A DNA stretch of 64,000 nucleotides from Eledone cirrhosa (taxonomy: Eukaryota). The notes beneath the pieces are model-generated. The model saw only the letters and a list, made by a program, of their open reading frames with translations, did not search any database and had not been told where the DNA came from. Below, piece after piece: positions 11,922 through 22,323 of this stretch. The DNA is taken from the NCBI GenBank assembly GCA_964016885.1, contig OZ024741.1, positions 174,096,001 to 174,160,000 of the forward strand. The letters run 5' to 3'. The translations under genes were made by a program, and so were the position numbers. How positions within the stretch are numbered: the first letter of the stretch is position 1; each line of letters begins with the position of its first letter.

Positions 11922-14900
11922 AACGTTAAAATATTCTGTGTGAACTATGCATTAGGTAAGCCATCACAAGACAGACACACTTTAAACTCCTACAAAATCT
12001 GGAAAAGTCGGAATCAAGCTAGCAGACGTGATATGGATGGAAATAAGTTGGCAAATGTAAGGAGGTATATCTTCAGAAATAATAGACTCACAGACACTGA
12101 ACTAACTGCGATCAAGCAGGCTGTGGAGTATGACATAAATATAAAGAACTGAAGAATCTCCTGGAGATAGTAACCAGTCACAAGTCTTTACTGAAAGACG
12201 TCCATCTGACCAAATCACAAATAGGTTTGTAGAAATGAGAAGCTCTATTGAACCTGCTGAAAATAGCCAGGAAAGGGACTTAGAAACAGTAATTGAAAAC
12301 CAAACATATGCTGAAGAACACAGGGAGACTATGAAGGAATTAAAGCAAAAAATACTGAATGAGCTTGCAGTAGTAAGACATTCTAGTATAAATGATAGAG
12401 AACCACTTCAAAAACTCCCAAATACAATCCAAAATAGAAAACAAATAATGATTGGTAATTCTGTGACAAAAGAAATCATAGAAGAACTAGAACCTGATCT
12501 TACTGAGTTATCATTTATGCATCTGCTAGAGTAATTGAAACAAGTTGTTTACCATAAAAAAAACAAAAAAAGTCAAACCTTCGAGGTAAACCAATTTGGT
12601 GGAGTAGAATCAAAAAGGAGATTGACGTAATGAGAGGAGAAATATCTTTATTGAGTGAGTTAACCGCTGGAAAGGATATAAGATCCAAGAAGGTAAGAAA
12701 GCTAAAGAGAAAATATGGACTGTCTTCTAGAGAAGCAATAGTTTCAACAAAAGAATCTCTGAAACAAAAAGTCCAAGTAAAAGCCCAATGAATTCATAAA
12801 TTTGAGAAGCGAAACAACTTCTACAGGCAAAATAAGTTGTTCTCATCCAATGCCAAGTCATTTTATAGAGAAGTAGGGAAGAAAAAAATAATTACTTCTG
12901 GAGTAAGATTTGGAGTGATGAGAAGACATATAATACTAATGTAGATTGGATTAGTCGCCTGGAAAAATACTACACAAATTTAGAACAGGCGTGGGAAGAC
13001 ATCTCTATACCGTACTTAAGGAGAGCACTCAATAAATCTCATAAATGGAAATCTCCTGGTAGAGACATGGTGCCAAATTTCTGGCTTTCCTCACTCCCGT
13101 GCACTCACAATATATTGGTCAAGCTGTTTAATGGAATTATGAAAGATCAAAAAAATACACCTGATTGGATAGCAAGTGGCATTACCTACCTTCTACCAAA
13201 GAACAACGAAACCAAAGATCCAAAAAAACTATCGGCACATAACCTGCTTGTCCACCACTTATATCCTATTAACCTCTATTCTCATGGAGAAAGCATACGT
13301 GTTTTGGGAGAGAACAATCTTTTCCCCATTGAACAAAAAGGGTGCCGACGAGGTTCATATGATTGCAAAGATCAACTTTTGATTAATCATATGATCCTTG
13401 AGAACTGTCATAATAAACACAGAAATCTCAGTTCTTCATGAATCGATTATAAAAAAGCCTTTGACAGCATATCACACTCATGGATTTTGAAATCACTGGA
13501 CATCTTCAAAATCTCACCTGTGATCTCAGTATGTCATTATGGAACACTAATCTCCAATTGTCTCATACCACTGGGGTACTGTGCTCTAGGAATATAAACA
13601 TCAACTGTGGTATATTCCAGGGTGACTCACTTTCACCCTTGCTTTTCTGCATAGCTTTAATACCCCTTATATCCGAACTTAATAGAACAGGGTACAGTTA
13701 TAAAATTGACAACAAAAAAATAAGCCACATATTTTATATGGACGATTTGAAGCTATATTGCAAAGATAATGATGAACTGGAAAGCCTTTTGCGGACAGTA
13801 AAAACGTTTAGCGATGACATCAGGATGGAGTTTGGACTTGACAAGTGTGCAAAAGCCACTTTCAAGAAGGGGAAGCTTGTCAACTCAGACTCAGTTGAAT
13901 TGGATGCTGAAACAATCATAAAAGAACTTGAGCAGGAACAAACCTATAAATACTTAGGGATTAATGAGGGCTCTGGCATACAGCATGCAAGTATGAAAGT
14001 GAGGATAAGAAAAGAATGTTACAGGAGAGTACGTGCAGTTCTGAGATCAGAACTAAACGCTCGTAACAAGGTACTAGCCATAGATTCCTTGGCAGTCCCA
14101 GTTGTCACTTATAGCTTCGGTGTGTTGAACTGGAATATGAGTGAAATCAAAAGAATCGACACCAAAGTCCGTAAGCTACTGACCTCTATGTAATAGGATG
14201 CACCACCCAAAAGCAGATGTTGATCGTCTTTACCTTCCTAGAACTCAAGGAGGCTGTGGCCTGATCCAATTTGAACTTGCTTACAAGACGACCATCATTG
14301 GACTGGCCAAATAATATCTTGAAACAACTAACGACTGTATGCTGAAACTTGTTGAAAAGCATGAGAGAAGTAAGAAGCTTCATTCTATCTTGAAGGAGAG
14401 CCAAAAATATGCTACTGATCTCATGCTTGATAACCAGGTTGGACAGACTAAAGAAACTGTTGCAACTGATGCTGCTAGGCACATAAAATCACTGGCAAAA
14501 TCAAAAGGGCAAGGACAAATTGCATCAAATTGGGAACAGAAACCTCTGCATGGCAAATATGTGGCCCGTAGCAAACAAGCTGATGTTGACCAAAAGCACA
14601 TCGATCAGTGGCTACGTAGTTCAGGGCTAAAGGCAGAGAGTGAAGGCTTCATCTTAGCTGCCCAAGATCAAAGCTTATTGACTCGTAATTACCAGGCCAA
14701 TGTGATGAGAAACGGAATAAATCCAAAGTGCCGATTCTGCAATGCTGAGGTTGAAACAGTGGATCACTTAGTCTCTGGATGTAAAGTTTTAGCACCAGTA
14801 GAATGCAAATATAGACATGACAGAGTTGGCCAATATCTACACTGGGTAATATGTCGGCATTACAAAATCAAAGCTGAAGACAAGTGGTACACTCATCACC

Positions 14901-15504
14901 CTGAGGTTGTAACTGAAGGAGAAAAACTAACAATTCTCTGGGACTTTCCTGTACAGACTGAGAGGACCATAAAAGCAAATAAACCTGACATCATTGTAAA
15001 AGATCAACATAACAAGGTCTGTTTATTGATAGATATGAGCATCCCATGAGATCACAATATCGTGGCAAAAGAATTTGACAAGCTACAAAAATATAAAGAT
15101 CTGCTTATTGAAATTGAGAAAATGTGGCACCTCAAGGCCGTTACAATACCAGTGATTGCGGGAGGACTGGGAATGATCAAGAAAGGAACAGAACAATATT
15201 TGCGAATGATTCCTGGTTTACCCTCTCTGCACGAGGTGCAAAAAATTGTTTTAACTGGTACTGCACACGTATTGAGAAGAGCACTATCTCTGTAAGATTG
15301 ATATCCCTCCTTGTATTTACATATGCATATGCATGTGTATATATGTATACTGTTTTTTTTTTTTTAAATTATAATCAATGTGCTGTATTAACTGGCTTAC
15401 CAATGCACACTGTGAATTTATTTGCCCTAGGTGTCAGGAAGACATTCGGCATATATCTCAGAAACAATAATGAAAGAAAATAAAAATGATGATAATAATA
15501 ATAA
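11920..15504 (+). mobile_element. Near full-length, mutated Dong/R4-clade non-LTR retrotransposon (RT + CCHC + restriction-like endonuclease)
   Basis: Frame fragments include KLANVRRYI, KDPKNYR.ITCL, EQKGC, IDYKKAFDS, GIFQGDSLSPLLF, FYMDDLKLY, YKYLG, CRFC..ETVDHLVSGC, RHD, NKPDII..LIDMSIP and EFDKLQKYKDL. The element ends in (TAA)n. Multiple stops and frameshifts. Confidence 0.93.
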
Positions 15505-15565
15505 TTGATATTCATTTCAACTAACTTTCCAGTTAAATAACATCAATGACTGAGACTCAAAGAAC

Positions 15566-15791
15566 AATAATAATAATAATGGTTTCTTATATAGACACAA
15601 GGTCAGCAATTCTGGGAAAGGGAAAGTCGATTATATCAACTCCAGTGCATGACGGGTACTTTATATTATCGACCCTGTAAGGATTAAAGGCAAAGCTAAC
15701 CTCAGTGGGATTTGAACTCAGACTGTAAAGGGCCGTAACTCTATGCTGCAAAACATGGCATCCAATCCACTACCGATACTGCCAATCCACC
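15566..15791 (-). mobile_element. tRNA-derived SINE, family A
   Basis: Reverse complement of the 21629-21815 consensus (GGATTGGCAGTATCGGTAG...GAGTTCAAATCCC...GCCTTT.ATCCTTACAGGGTCGATAA), with an (ATT)n tail. Confidence 0.8.
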
Positions 15792-16035
15792 ATAATAATA
15801 ATAATAATAAAGGGTGTAAAGATCAATTCTTAATTAATTGTGTGATCCTTGAGAACTATCCTAACAAGCGTAGAAATCTAAGTTCCACATGAATTGATTA
15901 CAAAAAGTCTTTTGACAGCATATTGCATTCATAGATTCTGAAATTGCTGGACATCTTCAAAATTTCTTCTGTAATTTCAAACTTTCTGAAACATCATATG
16001 TCATTGTGGCACACGAATCTCCAATCATATCATAT

Positions 16036-16283
16036 TTACGTAAAAGGAGAGTAAGATTTGCTGACCACTGCCATCGTGCCACCTATGAGGCTGTGTCCCC
16101 ATTAGTGCTTTGGAAACCACAAGCAGTCACTAATAACAGTGGGTGCAAGCTCTCCTATCCCGATGTCATCTCCAGAGATTCTGGTATTGAAATCCAGGAC
16201 TTGGCAACAGCAATGAACGACAAACCCACGTGGGGATCAATTGTTGAGTCGATAGGCTGCCGGATGAAGATGATGATGATGAT
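16036..16283 (+). mobile_element. RTE-like LINE 3' end nested in the Dong copy
   Basis: LRKRRVRFADHCHR...LVLWKP...LSYPDVISRDSG...AMNDKPTW is a typical RTE-type C-terminus. It ends in a (GAT)n tail. Confidence 0.75.
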
Positions 16284-17098
16284 ATCATTCCAATGGAGTA
16301 TATGTTCAAACAATATTAACATCAACTATGGCATTTTCCAAGGTGACTCACTTTCACCTCTTCTTTTTTGCATAACTGTAATACCCCTTACATCCGAACT
16401 TAATAGAACAGGGTACAGTTATAAAATTGACAACAGGAAAATAAGCCTGGATAATTTAAAATTATATGGCGAAGACAATGATGCTTGAAGGCTTTTTACA
16501 TATTATGAAAGCATCCAGTGATGAGTTTGAGCTTGATGAGTTTTCCAAGGCCACTTTCAAAAGAGGGAAGTTGATAAATTCAGTTGAATTAGATGTTAAA
16601 ACAGTTATAAAAGAACTTGAGCTGGAACAAATCTATAAATACCTAGGTATAAATGAAGACCCCAGCATTCAGCATGCAAGCATGAAAGAGAAGATAAGGA
16701 AGGAATGTTATAGAAGAGTACAAGTAGTTCTGAAATCTGAGCTAAATGCACATAACAAGGTGCCATAAATTCATTAGCAGTTCCAGTTGTTAGTTATAGC
16801 TTCAATGTGTTGAACTGGAATATCAGTGAAATAGTGATAATTGATGCAAACAATCTTAAGTTGCTTACTTGCAATAAGATGCACCACCCAATGGCAGATG
16901 TAGACCATCTTTACCTTCCCAGAACTCAAGGGGCCGGGGTTTGACCCAGTTTGAACTTTCACACAAAACCACCACAATTGGACTGGCCAAATATGTTGGA
17001 ACAACAAGCGACTAGATGCTGAAACTCATTGAAAAACATGAGAAGAGTAAAAAGCTGCATTCTATCCTGAAAGAGAGCAAAATGTTTGCTACTGATTT

Positions 17099-17275
17099 CA
17101 TCATCATCATCATCATCATCATTTTACGTCTGATTTTCCCTGCTTGCAAGGGTGGGACAGGTCCTATTCAGCACAGCATCTCTCCATTCGTCAGGATCCT
17201 TCGTCATCTCCTCCATGAGCTTCAGCAATCTGAGGTCAGCTCTCACCACCTCTGCCCATGTTTTTCGTGGTCTTC
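17099..17275 (-). mobile_element. RTE LINE 3' end (family of 50527-52253) nested in the Dong copy
   Basis: (ATC)n followed by TTTTACGTCTG...CTGCTTGCAAGGGTGGGAC, the reverse complement of 52100-52253. Confidence 0.8.
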
Positions 17276-19384
17276 ATTACTAATATTCAAGTTATGGCAA
17301 CTGTTGTTGCAAAGGAAGTAAGATTAATGGATAAGATAAAAGGGCATGAACAACTAGCATAAAGGTGGGAGCAGAAACCCCTGCATGGCAAATATAGCCT
17401 GTAGCAAACAAGCTGATGTTGACTAGAAGTACACCCATCAATGGCTATGTAGCTCAGGGCTAAAGGTAGAGAGTAAAGGCTTCATCTTAGCTGCTCAAGA
17501 TCAAAGCTTATTAACATGGAACTATGAAGCCAGTGTGATGAGAAATGGAATAGATCCAAAGTGTCAAGTCTGCAATGATGTGATTAAAACTGTGAATCAC
17601 TTAATATTTGGATGTAATGTTTTAGCACCAGTAGAGTATAAATCAAGGCATGATGGAGTTGGCCTATATCTACACTGGTTAATATGTCAGCATTATGAAA
17701 TTAAAACTGCTGACATGTTATACAATCATTACCTTGAGGCTGTAACTGAGGGAGAAAATATAACAATTTTGGGGGACTCTCCTGTACATAGAGATAGAAC
17801 CAGCAAAACTAATAGTGATATTAAGTGAGTGAGAGTGCCACACTCTACCCTTGAATGTTACACCAGTCTATCAAAAGGTTAAATCGCAGATGCTGCTACT
17901 ATTGACATTTATGTTTCAACTGAGTAGCCTGGAACAACGTGAAATGAAGCTCCTTGCTTAAGGACACATGATGCCCAGTATGGAAATTGAACTCATGACC
18001 TTAAAATCATGAGCCCAACACTCAAACCACTAGGCCATCTAATATGAAGTACTTTGATTTCTAATTTAGGAACAAGGTCAACAATTTTGGGGGTGGAGGG
18101 TGAAATAAGTTGATTACATCAACCTCAGTACTTGACTGATACTTTATTTTATTGACACTGGAAAGATAAATGACAAAGTTCTCTTAACATGATTTAAATT
18201 CAGAACATAAAGAGCCAAAACTAAATGCCACAAAGTATTTTGTCCAATGCTCTAACAATTCTGCCAATCCTCCACCTTCATCTGGAATGTAAAATATTGA
18301 AAAGATGGTCTATCTTAAAAGAAAATATTGATTTCTCATATAACTATTGATTTCTAAATGGAAAAATATTGTAAAGTCTTGAGTACAAGGTAAAATGTGT
18401 AAATATAAAATACTTGTTCTGAGAATGTTACTTAACATGTGTGGAAATGTTAAGGCCCTTCCAGAACCATCCAACAAAGAAAAGCAAATCTAAAATTGGA
18501 TAAAATAAAGTTCAATTATATTTTCAAATCAATATTTTTCCATCTTATGCAGTTATATAAAAGGCATGAAGCCTAGTAGTTAGGGTGTTGAACTTATGAT
18601 TGTAAAATTGTGAGTTTCACTCCCACCCAGAAGACATGGCATATTGTGTCCTTGAGTAAAACATTTCATTTCACATTGCTCCAGTCCATTCATCCAGAAA
18701 AAAAATTAATTCCAGCAACAACGGTCTCACCCTCAATAGGAGTGTTGACCCACCCAGCAGGTGGTTTTGTACCACATGAAATCAGGATAAGCTTCCATCA
18801 GTTGAACCTCTAGGTTTGAGAATGAATTTAATGTACTAAATACTTCTCAAGCACTAAACCATTTCAAAGCTATCATATATATATCAGAGAATCAATAACT
18901 CAGAGATTGTATGTAAAACAAATAGTTTTATTAGTGTTGGCATCTCATCCATGGGTAAGTCTTTTACTCAGTTGTTTAATGCTACAAGAAACTAGGATAA
19001 GCTCTAATCTAATAAGCCTCTAGGCTTGAGAAACACTTTAAATACTTTTAACTCTTCCATTACCATATTTCTCATGAAAAATATTTCCTTTGAATTTCAG
19101 TTAATTTTGAAAATAATCGAGAATCTGAAGGGATTTAGTAATATCACTACCTTTCTCTACTATTAATCTGATATTTGGAACATAACTTAACAAAGGTTTT
19201 TAGATAAAACTATGATGGAAGGTGTTTAGCTAAATATAAAGACTTTAAAATATAATATTTTATCATAGAACCAGGCTGGTTTCATGTGGTTTGGTATCAA
19301 AATGGCTAAATTGTTAATATACCTGGAAGGGGGATACAGTAGTAATTTGAGAACTTTATATTGTTTTATTATTATTTCTTTTAG

Positions 19385-19465
19385 AGTTGACTGAAGAAGA
19401 AAAACGGCTAAAACTTCAGAAAGAAAAATTAAGGAAAGAATATTATTTTGCAGTTGAAGAAGAGG
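19385..19465 (+). CDS. SPEF2: SPEF2 homolog, internal exon A (81 bp, phase 1-1)
   Basis: TTTTAG|...|GTAAG. Encodes LTEEEKRLKLQKEKLRKEYYFAVEEE, resembling the SPEF2 segment EEVAEIKRKNELRVKIKEEHLAALQFE as recalled. Frame continues into exon B. Confidence 0.82.
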
Positions 19466-20204
19466 GTAAGAGAAAAAATTGCTGAAAACTTTCCTATAGT
19501 TTAACCTTGTCTAAATTCTAAAATGTTCAAGACAGATAGAGTATGTAACATTGGTACAAGGCCATCAATTGGGTGGAAAGAAATGGTTGAATACATTGAC
19601 CCAGTTCTTAAATGGAACTTTATTTTATCAACAACAGAGGAAAAGGCAAAATTTACCTCAGTGGGATTTGAACTCAGAATGTAAAAAGTTGTAAGTAAAT
19701 AAAGAAAAACATTTTGTCCTGCACTCTATGAATACTGCCTCTCCACTGCTTTCAGAAATGTACAATATAATGATATTGTGCCTGGGGTTCTGCATGCCAG
19801 AGAAGCATTCTCCCACACATGTCTGGGCTCATGTCATTGGAGTAGTGGGGATTGAGTATTCTTTCTCATATTTTTGTTCTATTCTTACATACACATACAA
19901 CACACAAAACAAAGAGATTCTCCAATATCTCATTTCCACTTCAATAAAAGAATATTCTATTCATTTCTTCTGCAAGGTTGCACCAGTCAGCTTTCAGGAT
20001 CAGTGGAGATGATAGGGGAAAGGGTTCCTCTCAAAATTCAAGGGTGCTGGGAATTGTTTTTTTATAGTAGAGGCAAGGGGTTTCAGATATTCTTAGGGCT
20101 CTCCTCCTACTTTTCTCTCTAGGGTACCTGAATCAATTTACTCATTATACCCACTCTTCTTATAGGCTTTGGTGATAACTATGATGATAGTCATTGTGGC
20201 TTAA

Positions 20205-20425
20205 CCCTTTAGCATTTAAACCAGGTATATCCAGCCAGAATTCTCTCACCTCTTTCTGTTCAAACTGGCCATAGCTGGCCAGTCATACCGACATTAAGGT
20301 ATTATTCTCAAAATAAATAATATCAAAATCTCATATAGTTGATATTATGTGAGATAATTATGTGAGGCAAAGCCTTTACCGCGAAAATACAATAGTAAAT
20401 ATAGAGTAATGTAAATGTTAAAGGG
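20205..20425. mobile_element. piggyBac-like MITE with TTAA target duplication (further copies 46573-46793 and ~52268-52477)
   Basis: TTAA|CCCTTTAGCATTT ... AAATGTTAAAGGG|TTAA. Internal sequence is shared among the three copies. Confidence 0.8.
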
Positions 20426-21628
20426 TTAATGGTTAGGTTCAGTAATGTGCCTCTCTGAGCTCTGCACCCAAGGAAGCTGCCTAGTTGGCCACAATGGTAG
20501 CACCAACCCTGAGTACAGTGATGCTTCAGTATAAATCTCTACTTTAGCTATGTATTTATTCTCACTGCTACAAGGTAATGATTGAAACAGTTACTATGAA
20601 ATAGTTAAAAGAGATTTGTCACATAATTATTATGTTTAAGACAATTTATGGTTAATTGACTAACTAACTACATTTGTTAAAAAAAAAACATTTATTTATC
20701 TAATATAATATAAATAGCCAAATATTTTAGCTTTAGAAGGAAATAAAATTTTTTGAGAATATCAAGATGCTTTTATTCATTTAAATTAAAACAAAGAAAA
20801 CAACAACATTATATTTTGATTATGGGGAAAACCATTTCTAAATGTATGACATTTAGTTTAAAATATCAATTATCTATTTATTTGCTGCTGATGTATTCAA
20901 TAATGGTTTATTTACTTTATTTTAATTTTATGATAATAATGATGTCATTAATTTTAATTTTTTTTCAACTAATGTATTTAATCATGATTGGCAAATATAT
21001 TTCAAGTTTTATATTGGTGAACATTGACATGTTCCTTTAATAGTGTGTTAATCATCATCATCATCATCTTTGTTTTTACATGTGTTTGCCCATTCTGACA
21101 TGTATGGGTTGTGTGAAAGTATTTTGAGGCAGAATTCTATGGTCAGATGCACGCACTTCAAGATGCAAGATCTCATCTTTTCTTTTTTTCTTTTTCTTTT
21201 TCTTTTTTTTTTTAGTAAAGCACAAAATCTCTGGATATTTAACTACTGGAGTGTGTGAGACATATAAATAAATGTCATCAACTGCACTCGCAATGTCAAA
21301 TGCAAAGTGCTGAGACACACATACTCTGTATTTAGAGCCATGCTTGGAAGTGATTATCATATATGTTTAAAAGTCTGGCCTCAGCACCAAACCTTGCAGT
21401 ATACTGTATATCCTGTCTGTAGTATGATCATACATAAACTGCAGAGACCATTTAAGTATAACATTTGGAATAAGCAAACCAGCACAATTGTTAGATCATA
21501 AGACAAAATTCCTTGCAGTACTTATTCTGGCTCTGATCTCTGACTTCAGCATATGCCACCAGAATGGAAAGTGCACTAAAACATTATTAATGATAATGAT
21601 GTTTTAGTGCACTTTCCATTCTGTTTAA

Positions 21629-21815
21629 GGGCGGTGGATTGGCAGTATCGGTAGAGGGTCGGACGCCATGCTTTGACGTATAGAGTTACGGTCCTTGCCA
21701 TTCTGAGTTCAAATCCCGCCGAGGTTAACTTTGCCTTTCATCCTTACAGGGTCGATAAAATAAAGTACCAGTAATGCACTGGGTAATTGCTGGCCTTGTG
21801 CCAAATGTAGAAACA
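21629..21815 (+). mobile_element. tRNA-derived SINE, family A, with a 19-bp target site duplication
   Basis: A box TGGCAGTATCGG, B box GAGTTCAAATCC, central GCCTTTCATCCTTACAGGGTCGATAAAATAAAGTACC. TSD ATTATTAATGATAATGATG at 21583-21601 and 21816-21834. Confidence 0.88.
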
Positions 21816-22275
21816 ATTATTAATGATAATGATGCCCGTAAGTGGTTGGCATTAAGAAGGGCATCCAACCATAGAAACCATTCTAGAATAGATCATATGA
21901 GTGAAACACTGTCATTTGACATATCTAGTCTCTGAACATGACAACCTGTGTAACCCATGCAAGCATGGAAAATAGACATAAATCAGTGATGATGATGATG
22001 ATAATTTTTTAATGGTGACTAAACTATTCTCTTCCTTTTTTTCTTTTCTTAATCTCCTTCTTCATATCCTCTCTAATACTGTCCACATCTCCCTAAAAGT
22101 CACCCTTCTCACATGCCCCCCCCCCCCCCAACCCATCTACCCTTCACCTCCTTGGTCTTTATTTATACTGCCTCTCTCTCACTGAATATTCAGCCCTGTC
22201 TATTGATCCTGTCTATATATACAAGTATTGAGTACTTATTTTTACCTCCATCATCACACACAGACACACACACAG

Positions 22276-22321
<46 letters not shown>

Positions 22322-22323
<2 letters not shown>

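Larger units (their letters stand above)
15811..17822 (+). mobile_element. Degraded 5'-truncated Dong/R4 copy with two nested LINE fragments
   Basis: GCKDQFLIN, GIFQGDSLSPLLF, YKYLGINE and CQVCNDVIKTVNHLIFGC align with the copy at 11920-15504. Interrupted at 16036-16283 and 17099-17270. Confidence 0.85.

Noticed and set aside
21629-21725. tRNA gene (A and B boxes present)
   Set aside because: No complete cloverleaf is evident. The sequence continues into a SINE body and tail with a TSD and has many dispersed copies.
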